A stretch of DNA of 64,000 nucleotides from Eledone cirrhosa (GCA_964016885.1 OZ024754.1:806001-870000); one strand, 5' to 3'. Numbered from the stretch's first letter, positions 1 through 13,341 are shown. Made by a program: numbers and translations. The notes: a model not told the origin generated them from the sequence alone.

Positions 1-525
1 ACTGCCCAGATGGTTCTATAGAAATAATAGGCACTTCCCGTTACCTGGGTGACAAAATCAGCGGAGGAGGAAGGTGCCCTGAAAATACAGTAGCCAGAGT
101 TAGAACGGGATGGAAAAAGTTCAGAGAGCAATGTTACATGGCAGTGTGACATGGGCATTGTGTGCAGAAGACCTGCGCAGATTGGAAAGGAACGAAGCAT
201 GCATGCTCCATTGGATGTGTAATAGTAATATACACGAACGGCAAAACATAAACAAACTAAGTGAAAAATTAGGAATAAGAGGGATTAGATGCAGTTTACT
301 TGAGAGGTGATTATGTTGGTATGGTCATGTGATGCGCATGAAAGACAACAGCTGTACAAAAAAAGTGCAGGGCGATCAAAATTGATGGAAGCTACGTAGT
401 AGGCAGACCCAGAAAAACCTGGGACGGGATGATAAAATCTGACCTTACACACTTACACCTCTCTAAGACAATGTCACTGGATCGAGACCTTTGGCGCAAC
501 GCAGTGATACAGAAGACCCACCTTC
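1..525 (+). mobile_element. RTE-clade LINE 3' fragment (degenerate RT C-terminus)
   Basis: Translates to MLHGSVTWAL..LERNEACMLHWMC..LGIRGIRC..LCWYGHVMRM..GRPRKTW, typical of the RTE RT C-terminus; homologous to 41427-41985. Confidence 0.8.
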
Positions 526-679
526 CCTTACGCACAAAGTTAAACCTACAATCAGTAGGCACTTCTTAACCAAAGATACACCCCAACCCACTACCCCTAC
601 TCCATCCTCCCACTCCCACCAACATCACCCTTTCTCTGTAAAGTTATGTTGCTACCACATAATATCCAGTTTACACTAA

Positions 680-930
680 AGAGGTCCTGTAGGTGTCACA
701 ACAAAAAGCACCCAGTTCACACTGTAAAGTGGTCATATAGGAGACACGGTAAAAAGGGTCCCAGTCCATACTGTAAATGTGGTTGGTGTTAGGAAGGGCA
801 TCCAGCCGTAGAAAACCTGCCAAATACAGTCCTATACAAGCGAGACACGGTCACCCGATCAGTCTTGCCTCAAGTGGGACAATTCCCACCTAATCCATGT
901 TAGTATGGAAGATGGACGTTAAATGATGAA
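680..930 (+). mobile_element. SINE-like repeat with RTE-type tail (GGTGTTAGGAAGGGCATCCAGC...GGACGTTAAATGATGA) and 48-bp internal repeat
   Basis: Same family at 5225-5650, 15731-16045, 24160-24612, 29680-29920 and 45950-46490. Confidence 0.7.
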
Positions 931-999
931 AGATTCTCTGTTAAAATCCTTTTTATCACTATGATCTTGTTTGTTTTTTTTATTTTTTATTTATTATAG

Positions 1000-1087
1000 G
1001 TCTGCAGAAACTGTAAAGAAACTGCCGCCAATTCCTGGCTTTGGCTATGATTGGTCCACAGGGAAATCAGAACACAGTCCAAAATAA
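1000..1087 (+). CDS. Terminal coding exon of an upstream gene (..SAETVKKLPPIPGFGYDWSTGKSEHSPK*); weak resemblance to invertebrate NDUFA7 C-terminus
   Basis: Long T tract and TAG acceptor at 997-999; frame open to TAA 1085-1087; AATAAA at 1193 and 1342. The identity is from memory of a P-x-P-G-x-x-Y-x-W motif only. Confidence 0.55.
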
Positions 1088-2707
1088 TAGTTAGCTGCTA
1101 AAATAGTCTAATTTTACTGACTGCCATGCCTTGAATAAGAAGGCTTTTTGTTGACAGTTGAGAAGATTCAGAAGAGTTGTACGATTCAGAAAAATAAATT
1201 ATTTATAGAATTAAATACAAATTTGTAAATTAATGTGGTTATGTTCTTGATTTCGAGAGTGACAGATACTGGTTTTTGTTTTTTTGTAGGTGCAAAAATA
1301 TTGTATATATTGGATTTATTGATATCATCAAATATCTAGACAATAAAATCTAAGCTTTAAAGTATTATTTAGTAGATTGTGTTACTCAATTTTGGCTATC
1401 AGTTGTTGTACTTAGAGTGACCAATTTTGTAGATGAAAACTGTGTGAAAGCCTGTGATATGCATGTGTTTGTGTCAATTTGTGTGTTTATGTCCTGTAAC
1501 AGTTCAACAAGATCTTCACCCACTTATTCTTGATAGGGTCATGGGAACACAGTCCTCAAACACTTCTTCCAGCGAGTCCTGTCAGAAGCAAACATCTCTA
1601 ACTGATCTGGTTAGATCCCCAAGCGAAACCAGCCGAGTTTATGGATGTTATCCAACCATCTTGCTTAGGGTCTAACCCTGAGTCTCCTACTGGTTGGTTT
1701 TGCCTGTAAAATCCGTCTAGTGATTCTTTCCTGGGACATTTTAACCATATGCGCATAGTATCAATGCTGTGACCTCTCAATTCGGAGAAATTTGACATGA
1801 TCGATAAAATAAGTACCGGTGTTGATATGATGAACTAAATCCTCTTCTATACCTGCAGTCTAGGGACTGAAATCAATACAAACAAGTAATGAAATCATCA
1901 CTTCACTCAAGAAAAATAAATTCATTTAATATTTTCTTTTTAATACTCACAGTTGTCTCCCTTGCCTTTTTTTTTGTTGAAGGGCCGTTAAACAGTTTTT
2001 TTCTATAATCTTTAACTCGCCTCAATTACTAGTCATGGTTATCACCACAAAAGGTGGACCAGCACTTCACGGTTTATTAATCTATAGAAATTTATAAAGT
2101 GTCTGTAGAAGGTTTTTTCCCCCCAATAGCAAGACTGAATTATAGTAGCTAAATGTATGTATGGACCTGCAACTTCTGGTAGAGTTGTAGGAGCACTCTC
2201 ATGATATACGTTTTCTGTACTTCATTAACTTACCACTGTAATCCCTCACTGATTGCACTCCTGCACATAGCTTTTACAGCCTTCATAAGCTATTTATTTA
2301 TTCTTAGCTTCCTAAGGCCTATTCTAGATGACAAATCCTAAGTGTTGGTGCTTATACTTAGCTAAGTACTCCTGCTGTTGTATCACTATGAAGATGGCAT
2401 TGGTAATGCTTCTCCATGGTATAAGAACAAGCTGCATCTCATCAAGATTAATTCTGTCCCCAATCAATTCATCACTCTTGTCCCAACCAAACCAGGTTTC
2501 ATCAGTGTTCGAGCAGTATCAAAAGCCCTCTATATGGCTTTGATTAAGAATCGAATAGCTCTCCTCATATAAACAGAATGAGTGCCCTGCAAAGCCTCAA
2601 CTGACTACTTTATGGACTCGTGAATTTCCAGACTGTGCTATTTCCCCACCACTTCTTGGTATTTTGTACATTTGCTTTCATTAGCTACTTCAATGTGTTC
2701 CTCTTAA

Positions 2708-2889
2708 CCCTTTAGCATTTAAACTGGCTATATCTGGCCAGAATTCTCTCTACTATTTCTGTTCAAACTGGCTGTAACCGGCCACTCATACTGATGTTAA
2801 GGTATTGTTCTCAAAATAAATGATATCAAAATCTCATAGATTCATGAAAATGTAATAGTAAATATAGAGTAATGTAAATGCTAAAGTGT
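2708..2889 (+). mobile_element. piggyBac-type MITE (~200 bp)
   Basis: TTAA followed by CCCTTTAGCATTTA; degenerate TAAATGCTAAAG right end; family copies at 10513, 16859, 37607, 46787 and 48687. Confidence 0.7.
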
Positions 2890-3034
2890 GATGGTTATGT
2901 AATTAACAGCATAATAAGTTGTTTCATCACCTGAGCTGATGATCATGTCTAGTCAGAGTTATGCTGGTATAATGTGCTCAGGTTGCTTACACATACATGT
3001 ATATGTTCACACGCTAAAATAATCATTATAACAA

Positions 3035-3636
3035 CTAGCAGAAAAACCACCTTTTGGGTGGTTTTCTGCTAGCATGTGTAGTGTGTTATTATTCACAAAT
3101 ATATATGCATGTAAATAAAATCGTAATTGACAATATACACAGAAATTGAACGAAGACTGAGTTACACTGTCTTATGTAATCAGTAACATAATCCATGATA
3201 TATTTAAAAAAAGACGATATATATAAACTGCATTAGGAGAAAATTAGTGACGGAAATATATGCGATTATAAGTGTTGACATTTGACAATTTTAAAGAAGT
3301 GAATCTTTGAATAAGCTATAAAATATATTTAATCAACAGCCACCAAATTTAGTAGATAAATTATGTAATATTATCGGTAGAGGGTCGGACGCCATGCTTT
3401 GACGCATAGAGTTACGGCCCTTGTCATTCTGAGTTCAAATCCCGCCGAGGTTAACTTTGCCTTTCATCCTTACGGGGTTGATAAAATAAAGTACCAGTAA
3501 TCTACTGGGTAATTGCTGGCCTTGTGCCAAAAGTAGAAACAATTATTTATTCAAAGTAATCAACTTATTTTACAAACGGGGTATTAAAATATATTCTGGA
3601 TGCAGTCCTGCACTCCTTTCTTTATTATAGTTAAGA
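3035..3636 (-). mobile_element. Non-autonomous Helitron with nested SINE (3375-3545)
   Basis: Minus strand starts TCTTAACTATAATAAAG and ends in hairpin + CTAG; inverted homolog of 10707-11172. Confidence 0.75.
3375..3545 (+). mobile_element. tRNA-derived SINE (resembles octopus OK-type / Meta-domain SINE)
   Basis: B-box GAGTTCAAATCC; core GCCGAGGTTAACTTTGCCTTTCATCCTTACGGGGT.GATAAAATAAAGTACCAG; tail GCCTTGTGCCAAAAGTAGAAACAATTA; more than 15 copies in the window. Confidence 0.85.
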
Positions 3637-3824
3637 TGATATCTCATTTAGGCACAAGCCGAGTAATTTAGGGGAAAGGGAAGATCAATAAATCATCCAT
3701 AGGATGAAAGGCAAAGTTGATATTGGCAGGATTTCGACATAAAACATAAAGTAACTAAATATCAAAGCGTAATGCCCGATGCTCTAATGATCCTGCCAAA
3801 CTACTGCCCTTAGTTGTTATAGAT

Positions 3825-4045
3825 AATTGTTTCTACATTTGGCACAAGGCCAGCAATTTGAAGGGAAGCGGGAAAGTCGATTAAATCGACTCCAGTATGT
3901 TACTGTTACTTTATTTTTTTGACCCTGTAAGAATGAAAGGCAAAGCTAACCTCGGCAGGATTTGAACTCAGAATGTAAAGAGCCATAACTATATGCCACA
4001 AAGCATAATGCCGGACGCTCTACCAATTCTGCCAAACCACTGCTT
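3825..4045 (-). mobile_element. tRNA-derived SINE, longer subfamily
   Basis: Reverse complement of the same core and tail. Confidence 0.8.
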
Positions 4046-5224
4046 TTAATTGTTATAAATAATGATGATTATCTTTTCTTAGTAGCATTGCATTGAGACA
4101 GACTTCAACTGTTATATTCTTGCTATCGTCATCGTTTAACGTCTATCTTCCATGCTAGCATGTGTAGGCCCTATCATTGTAACTTATCACTGTTATGTAA
4201 TACTTAGACACATACATATATATATCATAGCTGGAACCATAAACCACATCTTGGCTTATAAAAGTTATCTTGGAAAGCATTTTTTCACTTTATATAATGT
4301 TGAAATAAAGTAAAGTTAATAGTTCATGATTTTTTAAACAATTTTCTATTCAATAGAAATAATATTGTAATAACACTATTCTTTATTTTTTGATAGTATT
4401 ACTATATGCTTTATACAAGCTACTTATTGAGGAAGAAAAATTTCTTGTTCAGTTTACAGAATTAAGTAGGCTGTAATCTGATAACATACAGTCTGCAGCA
4501 GTTAGTGCAATGTAGTTGGTGAAGCAGTTATAGTATTAATGGCGTGTTGAAATAACAATTCGCAGTCTACCAATCCCATGTGCAAACAATATTCCTGCTA
4601 TTATCAAACAGAGATATTTGAATCATCAGTGACAAGTTATATTATTCCTTTTTTCATACCAAAAGAATTTGCTTAAGGAAAGTTAGGACACCCATAAAGA
4701 CTAGAAAGAAAAGAGGGAGTGTGTCTGTTTATCATAATCAGCAGCCACATTGGCAGTTGAATCACAACCATCATAGTCAGCTTGTGCTTTTCTTTTTCCC
4801 AGTAAGAAACTCTAAGGAGAGCTAGACAGCAGAAAGTATTCAGAGAAGAGCCCCCTCCCTCTGCCTCAAATGAGAGTTTCAGCCCTGAACTTCTTACACT
4901 AGATTAAATGAAAAGAAAATTTTGCATAAATATATTTAATAATGTTGATGCAGAAAGAAAAAAAGTTATAAATAGTTTACCTAATTTAGGAACTTCTTGA
5001 TTAGCTGCCAGTTGAAATAAGTTAAGAATAAAATTATTTACTAGGATAATAGTTAATAGAAAATTCGATTGGTTTAAAAGATTTTTAGAGTAATAAATTA
5101 GTTTGGTGATTAAATTGAGATTTTCCTGCATTGTATTACTTGTAGTGTGGTTGTTACTTTAAATTCTTTTAAGTTATCAGATTTTTGTTGAATGTAGGCA
5201 AATATCTGTGTATGATGAATATGA

Positions 5225-5650
5225 TCATCATCACCATTTAATGGCCATTTTTCCACGCTAGCATGGGTTAAGTGAGTTGTCCTGTTGTGAAAATGACGGG
5301 TCAGGTGACCATGTCTTGCTCATACAGAACTGTTTCTGGCTTGGTTTCTACAGCTGGATGCCCTTCCTAATATCAACCACATTTACAGTGTATACTGGGT
5401 GCTTATTGTCTTAACACCTACATGACCACTTTGCAGTGAGGACTTGGTGCTTTTTATTGTGATACCTACACGACCACATTGCTGTGTGCGCTGGGTGATT
5501 TTTGTTATGACACCTACATGACCACTTTTCAGTGTGGGCTGGGTGCTTTTTGTCTTGACACCTACACGACCACTTTACTGTGTGGACTGGGTACGTTTTG
5601 TTTTGACACCTACATGACTACTTTACAGTGTGGACTGGGTGCGTTTTGTT
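5225..5650 (-). repeat. RTE-tail SINE with expanded 48-bp minisatellite
   Basis: About 5 tandem units of GACACCTACATGACCACTTTACAGTGTGGACTGGGTGCTTTTTGTTGT; explains the 16-aa periodic ORF 5479-5685. Confidence 0.8.
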
Positions 5651-6439
5651 GTTTGTATATAGGATTTCTATATGCCACAGTTTAGCTAAGAATGTCTTGG
5701 TTTGAAATTGACTCAGTTATAAGAGTTACATTTATCTAAACACCTTCCATCAATAAATTTCAAATACAAGCTTAATGATTAGGAAGTTATATAACTTAAT
5801 CTCTATAAAAGTCTTGATTACCCTAGAGAGAGGCCGACCTGCTGGCCCTTCCGGTCGAGCACCCTTCCGGTCAAGCACTCTTCCGGTCGAGCACCCCCCA
5901 GCCTCCGACCACACCATACAAACAATTATTATAATGAAAGGGTTTGAAAAAGAGAAATTATATCCTGAAATATTTAATTTCATACATTTACTTCAGAAAC
6001 AAACTAATAATAAAACTTTTATTATATAGTCCTAATTTTGATTTCAAAGACATCATCATTTTACATCCACTTTTTAATGTTTGCATCTGTATCAAATGAG
6101 TTCTCAAGTTAAAATTATTGTAACAAATTATTAACACTGTATTATGTCTTTTGCATAGCTTCCTTTCACTGTTATTAAAGTACCAGTAATACACTGGATA
6201 TTTGCTGGCCTTGTGCCAAAAGTAGAAACAGTTATTTAATATTTAGTTATCAAAGTTTCAAATAGTTTGTATACTGTACCATGACACTAAACTATTTCAT
6301 GCTTTCAGAAAAACATATCCTGCTAAATAGTAATTTTTACTCTTGGCTTAACATAAATATTTTTTATAAGACGATTATATTTTCTAGTATTTAAAAAAAA
6401 AATGCAGTGTCGATAAGATATGGCTTTTAACATAAGTAC

Positions 6440-6856
6440 GAAGATAAAAGTACATAGAAAAGGGGTAATGAGATGGAGAGAAAGTAAGAACGGAATGGAG
6501 GGGAGGGTGTCAGACATAGTAGCAGAGAGGGGGGAGGGACAGAGAGAGAGGAAAAAAGTGAGAAGCTGTTAGAGAGATAGAGGGAGGGGACATAAAGAGT
6601 TGGCAGAATATAAGAAGCAAAGAGGTTAGGAGACACAGAGAGAGAAAAGCATAAAGAAATAAGCAGAAGATAAGAAGTAATGAGGTTAGGAGAGAGAGAC
6701 ATAAAGAAGTAGGCAGAATATAAGAAGTTAAGAGAGAGTGAGAGAAATAGTGAGAGAGAAAGCCCCCATCTACGTAACCTAGTTAGTCTTTCAAGTACCA
6801 TAACTATTTCCTCCGAGTAACATCACATTTAAACCTATCTTTTTTTACCAACAACT
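6440..6856 (+). promoter_or_regulatory. Putative annexin promoter and 5' UTR (GA-rich tract, Inr-like TTAGTC at 6783)
   Basis: GA-rich purine tract followed by an Inr-like motif about 75 nt upstream of ATG|GTAAGT. Confidence 0.45.
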
Positions 6857-6859
6857 ATG
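6857..6859 (+). CDS. Annexin exon 1 (start codon only)
   Basis: ACAACT ATG|GTAAGT, a perfect phase-0 donor that matches the phase-0 acceptor at 19601 and gives MATVNPAPNF... Confidence 0.65.
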
Positions 6860-7879
6860 GTAAGTACTTGTCTGAACTTTAATATTTTATCATTATTTTG
6901 CAACTAGTAAACATATCGGAAAACTAATCACCAAAAGAAACTTATTCTTATAATATTGATTGATTTTCATCCGTTTAGTGAGTGTTGTAGTGCGACAATA
7001 ATTCATGTGTCGATTCAGTGCACGGCCTGTTTAGATTTACTGCTTTTTTTTGTAATTAATTGAATTAATCTGGAGGAAGGGGCCGAAATCATGGCCTTCG
7101 CAATGCTTTTGGGAAAGGCATGAACGTCATACAATCTATGTAATCTCGAAAAGAAAAGTGGTGGGTTGTTAGACTAAATACTATGCTGTAATTTAGTTTC
7201 GTCGTTAGGTGTTCGATCCCTGTTGGAGGCCACTTTTACTTTCATTTCTCTTCATTTAGTTATGTCTGGGGAAAAAAATAAGGCAATCACTACTCTGCGT
7301 GATGTTTAGTCGCAGGTAAGCGCTGGTTGAACCGAAGTATGAACAAAGGCATTCCAGAACTACATTTCCGTTTCATTCGCTTATACTTTATTGTTATTTT
7401 ATATACCTAAAGCGAATCATAAACTGCACCACTATGTTCAAGCACCAAATTGAAGGAAGGATACCTCACTTTAACACACTGGCCATTCACAGCCATCATA
7501 TAGACTTTTCTTTTTTTCTGCTTTTTAAAAAGAGAAAGACTAAGAATTATAGAGCAAGATCGCTAAATCGCCTAATTTGGTCCCTGGGGTATAGAAAATT
7601 TAAAATTTCTTTTGCTCAGAACACTCCCTGAAACATAAGTATTATATGTGTAAAGTTTGAAAACAGTCGGTTGGGTGGTTCTAGAGTTTTAGGGATTCGA
7701 ACTCACACACACACACACAGACAGACATCCTCAGTTTTATATATATAGACTAGCAGAAAACCGCCCACCGTGTGGTTTTCTGCTAGTATATATATATATT
7801 ACACACACAGAAATGTATATATATTTCTGTGTGTGTATATATATATATATATATACACACACACAGAAATATATATTAC

Positions 7880-8220
7880 GCTCGGAGTCTACCCCTGGGC
7901 CTCCTGCCGGTTGGTTTTGCCCGTAAAATCTGTTAAGCGATTCGTCCCTGAGGCATTCAATTCGGAGAAGTAGCGGCTCTACCTGGAGTGACTCTGATCT
8001 CCGGGCAACACACTCTAACGAGTAACGCTACTCCAAAGATCCTTTGAATGAACTCCCATTTCGGCCTCTTGTATTCGCGGTCGTATTCATTCGGTTGTTA
8101 CCCAAGATTCATGAGCATAGATAAAGGTTGGCACGAATACCAAATTCAAGATAGCGAGTTTCGCTTTTATATCTATCTCCCTGTTTCTGATTACCGAATG
8201 TTGAAGCTGGTGAATTCTTG
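7880..8220 (-). mobile_element. LINE RT fragment (RTE-like), degenerate
   Basis: Homologous to 1540-1790, 25130-25400 and 60785-60950. Confidence 0.55.
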
Positions 8221-9094
8221 TTTATTTGTTCATTTTGTAAATCATAAACATAGTTTCATTGTGAATTGATAAAAGTGAAAATGAATAATTTACAAACGTC
8301 ATTAGACAATAGCAATAAAAATAACGAATGAAAAAAAAAATGCAACAAATGAAAATCCTGTTATTTCCTTCTAAAATATTTAAGACAGCCCACTGACTAC
8401 ATTGCTGCAAATATTATAAGTTGGAAAATATACATAATTCACCAACAAATTACGTTATTTCAGTACCTTGTTCTGCTCTGCTACGAACACAATACCACCC
8501 ACCTCTACCACATTATATGGATATGTGTGTATTTATAGATGCACTTAATCGAGTATATCTAAATGGACAATATATTTTATGTGTGTTGTAACCTCGTTGT
8601 TTAACCTCGAGTTGGTTCTGATTGAGTAGATCTATAACCAAAAGCATTCCTATCTTTATTTCTCTTGTACTCTTAGCTATGCCATCCTTCATTATCAGAT
8701 CAACTGTCTTAATTTTTTTAACGGCATGGCGTGTAGTTTGAGGGGAGACTTGGTTGCTATTTTTTAGAGTCATCATCATTCATTCATATTTCATAGTTAT
8801 TTAGCTCAGGGTTAGCCCTTATCGAATATATTATATTTTATGGTGAAAGGTATTCCAGTCTTGACCCTATCGTATTTTTCCTGTGTGCAAGATACCGAGC
8901 ACCACTACCCAATATGTTTTAAAACTGTGGAGGTATGATTTGGCTTCGATTTCTCGCAGGATCCTTCATTGACTTATATTTCATGACATTTAGCTGTACA
9001 GTCATTTCAAGATATTTTTAAGAGTAACACAAACGTAACTAGGTATATGGTTTTGAGCACTGTACATAATAATTTTCATCATTATTATTATCAC

Positions 9095-9260
9095 GAGGGT
9101 TGGACGCCATGCTTTCTAGCATAATTACGTCCCTTTACAGTCTGAGTTCAAATCCCGTCGAGGTTAACTTTGCCTTTCATCCTTACAGGGTCGATAAAAT
9201 AAAGTACCAGTAATGTATTGCGTAATTGCTGGCCTTGTGCCAAAAAGTAGAAACAATTAT
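9095..9260 (+). mobile_element. tRNA-derived SINE
   Basis: Family core and tail. Confidence 0.85.
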
Positions 9261-9987
9261 TATCACTACAATGTCTAAATCCATATAGTTACTTGATATC
9301 AATCTGATTTAAGTAGTCATAGTTTTTTTTGTTTTTTTATTTATATTGAAAATAAAATTATACAAAATACTATCCAGGAATAAGTGGCACTAATGTTTTT
9401 TTTAAAATCCTTTTGTAGGTTTTTTTAATCCATAAAAACAACTGTTATTTAATCACAATAAATATACAACCATTAAAACATGCGTTGACATTACTTCCGG
9501 GTTTTTTTCAATATCATCAATAGTTTCTGTCATAATTTTAGTCAATACTCAATTATTTCCTCTGTATTGTGTCGAAAAAAGAAAAAATTCTCATCTTAAG
9601 CACAATTTAGTGCCACAGGGGCCTGCTGCAATAATATTATCCCCCCCCCCCACACACACATACAAGCATCGGATCCAACACTGAGTTCAATAGAGATGTG
9701 GTACTCATCCAGACTGAGTCGACCACCAATATTGGAGCAAATCATCAACCCAGTACCCCATAGATTTGTCACTTGCAGCACTGAAAATTGATCAGAGAGA
9801 GAGAGAGAAGGAGAGTTGAAAGTGTCTGTCGAGCAAATGTTGCCGCTGATTCTCTGCTTCAATCTATCCTGTTGTATATTGAAAACAACTGATATAGCCA
9901 GCTCCCTCCAATGTTGTAGGGCTTCAGCCACCTTCCTGTTGGAGCCTTATCTATGTTGGAAAGGAGAGGAGCTAACAACATCATCAC

Positions 9988-10245
9988 CAGAGTTGTATTT
10001 AGATTGGAGGGGGGGGGGGCTCATACACAAAATATAGAATACACAGCAAATCCCTTAATTTTGGCGCTAGTAATTGGAATTATATAAGTATTAAATTCAA
10101 AAATTCTAACCATCCTAAAACCAAAAAGCCCAACTGAGGGCACAAATAAATTGCTACAGCTGTTGCTGGTGGGGCTCCCTACTCCAAGGGGTCTGGGAAA
10201 ATTGCCCCATTTGCCCCCCCCCCCTCCCCATTAAATCCAGCCCTG
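9988..10245 (-). mobile_element. hAT-type MITE
   Basis: Ends CAGAGTTGTATTTA / TAAATCCAGCCCTG; flanks ATCATCAC / TTCATCAC (8-bp TSD, 7 of 8 match); family copies at 16075, 23514 and 31191. Confidence 0.7.
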
Positions 10246-10512
10246 TTCATCACTAATGCACCAGGAATGCATTCCTCAGATGAAGTTTAAAGTCAACCAT
10301 GGGTATTTCATATGCGAGAGACTTGCCAATTTTAATCCAACCTTTTTGTATTGAATGTTGTTAGTTGGAAGTAGGTGGCAGCTGTTCATTGCACACTTGT
10401 CTTAATTATAGTTTATACTACAATTACTATACTTTGTATTTTTGATTATACCTAACTAGTACAACATAGCAGTTATGACGTATATTTACTATTCACAAAA
10501 TAATTACATTAA

Positions 10513-11198
10513 CCCTTTAACATTTAAACCGGCTGTATGCGGCCAGAATTCTCTCACCCTTTTGTCTTCAAACCAGCTGTAACTAGCCATTCATACTGAT
10601 GTTAAGGTATTGTTTACAAAATAAATAATACCAAAATCTCATAGATTCGATATTATGCGAGATAATTTTGAGAGATTTAGCTTTACTGTGAAAATACAAT
10701 AGTAAATCTAAACTATAATAAAGTAAGGAATGCGGGACTGCGTCCAGAATATAATTTTTTTATCCCGTTTGTAAAATAAGTTGGATTACTTTGAATAAAT
10801 AATGAATATTACATAATTTATCTACCAAATTTCGTTATTCTTGATTAAATATAAATAGTTTTGTTGCTTATTTTAAAATTCACTTCTTTAAAATGTTCAA
10901 ATGTCCACACTTCCGGTTAGCGATCGCTTAAATAAACATATATTTATGTCACTAATTTTCTCCTAATGCAGTTTATATATAATATCGTTTTTTTTAATGC
11001 ATCATGGATTACTTTACTGATTACATAAGTCTTCGTTCAATTTCTGTGTGTATTGTCAATTACGACTTTATTTGATGTATCATATCTACATGCATATATA
11101 CTTGCGTATAATATCAATATGCACACTACATATGCTAGCAGAAAACCACCCGAAGGGTGGTTTCTCTGCTAGTATAGAATAATGTACTTGCTAAAGGG
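10513..11198 (+). mobile_element. piggyBac-type MITE interrupted by a Helitron
   Basis: TTAA at 10509-10512 and 11199-11202; ends CCCTTTA / GCTAAAGGG. Confidence 0.8.
10707..11172 (+). mobile_element. Non-autonomous Helitron
   Basis: 5' TC, 3' hairpin + CTAG; inserted between A and T of the host MITE consensus (AGTAAA^TATAGA) with no TSD. Confidence 0.85.
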
Positions 11199-11849
11199 TT
11201 AAGCAATATTTAAAACTGTATCTCTTTTAACACATACCAATGCAGATAAATTCCAGAGGCCACACAAGCTTCTATGATACAACAGCTGCCATTTTAAAAA
11301 GCTCAGTATCTAAATTTAACTTGCAATCATAATTTTATCTAAGAGCTTTTTCTTTCGTTATGTTTAAAACACCAGCAAAGTAAATATTATGCAAACGTGA
11401 TCAGTCAAAATCTGTTTACTGTATTTATTCTACCCAGTTGACAGATATGGTGAGCAGATATCTAATGTTTATATTTGCATATTAGAATACAATGAATATT
11501 TTTAAAAAATGGTATTTTACTCCATTCATTTCATTCCTCCCTTTTTCTTTTCAACTCACCATACCCTTTTTCTCAATCCCCCACCATCTATCTGTCTCTC
11601 ACTATAACTCTCTTTTTCTCTCTCTCCCTCTCTCTTCTTTTCAACATACCATACTCTTTTTCTCAACCCCTCTTCCATCTATCTGTCTGTCTCATTTTCT
11701 TTCCCTCCCTCACCCCCTCCCCTCCCCAACTCTCTCTAGATTTATATATCTTTCCTAAAATTCCCAAATACAATTTTTCCTTTTGTATTCTATTAATATT
11801 ATATCTTATTAATATTATGCAAATGTTTTCAGTTACCATCTGCTTTCTG

Positions 11850-11880
<31 letters not shown>

Positions 11881-12172
11881 CCCGTCTTTGATATCATTGT
11901 TACATTCATACTATTGTGGTGTTGAATACATGTTTGATATGTTATCAGACTAATTTATGGTAGGCCACTTGGATAACATCTTTCAACTACAATGCTCATT
12001 TATTACTACAGGCCATTGAATTTTTTAAAACATACTTAGAGGTGTATCAAAAGGAGGTGAAGACAGCTGCAGAAGTTTCCTCTTGTCTATCATGGCCTGT
12101 TACTCAAATTTGTGGAGAACACCTAAAAAGTCTTTGTCCCTGGTAGTTGAAACCCATGCTATACTATTTAAC

Positions 12173-12337
12173 CAGGTATGGGAAACCCTTTTTTGAACAG
12201 TTGGCTGCATAGGATGTGGCTCATCATAAGGTGGGCCACACTACTAAAAATTTCAAGGCAAGTTTGAAATCAGGCGTGCCATTCTGAAAGCCAAACTGGC
12301 CACATGTGGCTTGTAGGCTGCAATTTGGCCATGACTT
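12173..12337. mobile_element. hAT-type MITE
   Basis: Inverted homolog of 54847-54990. Confidence 0.6.
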
Positions 12338-13153
12338 CACTAAACTTAACATGTGTGTGACTTATGAAATAATTACATAAATCACATGACATTTTTATCA
12401 TGTTAATATTAACATTTATTTTTGACATTATTATCAATATAAAGCTTTTTGTAGGTGCCAAAAGTGGTTTTGTCCTCAGTTGTTGAGGACTCTTGCTTGA
12501 GATGTTACTGAACTTAGCATCCTGCTTATGTACTTATTGTATAAAACAACATATTTTAATAGTTATTTATGGGAACTTGTTTTAAAGAAATTGACCTAGA
12601 TTTGGTGCAGTTTTAATCATTAACCTTTTTGAGATAAAATTGCCTGAAACTGACCCTGATTCTCCCATACAAAACTGTTTATTTTAAAATGTATATACAT
12701 ATATGAGAAGAGATGCACATCAAATAATAAAATAAAATATGAATGATATAAACTAAGAAAATAATTTGTTTAGAATAATTTCTATGGAGAATTTTCTATG
12801 AAATGATTGAGACGATTCTTTTGGAATCACAAGTCCTTGGGTTCAATCACGTTACTTGGCAGCTTAGGCAATTGTCTTTTACCATAATTTTAGGTTGAGT
12901 TAAATTAGGGAGACAAAAGGTCGTCCATTGAATGGATTGTATTGTTATGCTGATTTTATCTAGGAATTACATAAAGGGTACATGTGCCTGTGGAACACTC
13001 AGCCACTTATGTGTCAATTTAAAAAGTAGGTTTTTCTGTTGATTCCATATTTGCATACTCATCATCAAAACTGACAGAGAATTTATCATTATCATTCCTT
13101 AACCCTTTCATGGCTGCATTTCTAATGAAATACATTCTATTTTAATTAATAAT

Positions 13154-13341
13154 TGTTTCTACTTTTGGCACAAGGCCAGCAATTATTCCAGTGAATTACT
13201 GGTACTTTATTTTATCGACCTCGTAAGGATGAAAGGCAAAGTTAACCTCGGCAGGATTTGAACTCAGACTGCAAAGGGCCGTAACTCTATGCTGCAAAGC
13301 ATGGTGTCCGACCCTCTACCGATACTGCCAATCCCCCGCCC
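13154..13341 (-). mobile_element. tRNA-derived SINE with 19-bp TSD
   Basis: TTCTATTTTAATTAATAAT at 13135-13153 and 13342-13360. Confidence 0.9.

Noticed and set aside
3375-3545. tRNA genes suggested by A/B boxes in SINE heads
   Set aside because: No cloverleaf; followed by SINE core and tail, often with TSDs
5400-5650. Cys-containing 16-aa repeat protein
   Set aside because: Translation of the 48-bp SINE minisatellite
9596-9987. 111-aa minus-strand ORF as a gene or processed pseudogene
   Set aside because: No recognisable motif or exon structure; probably decayed TE sequence
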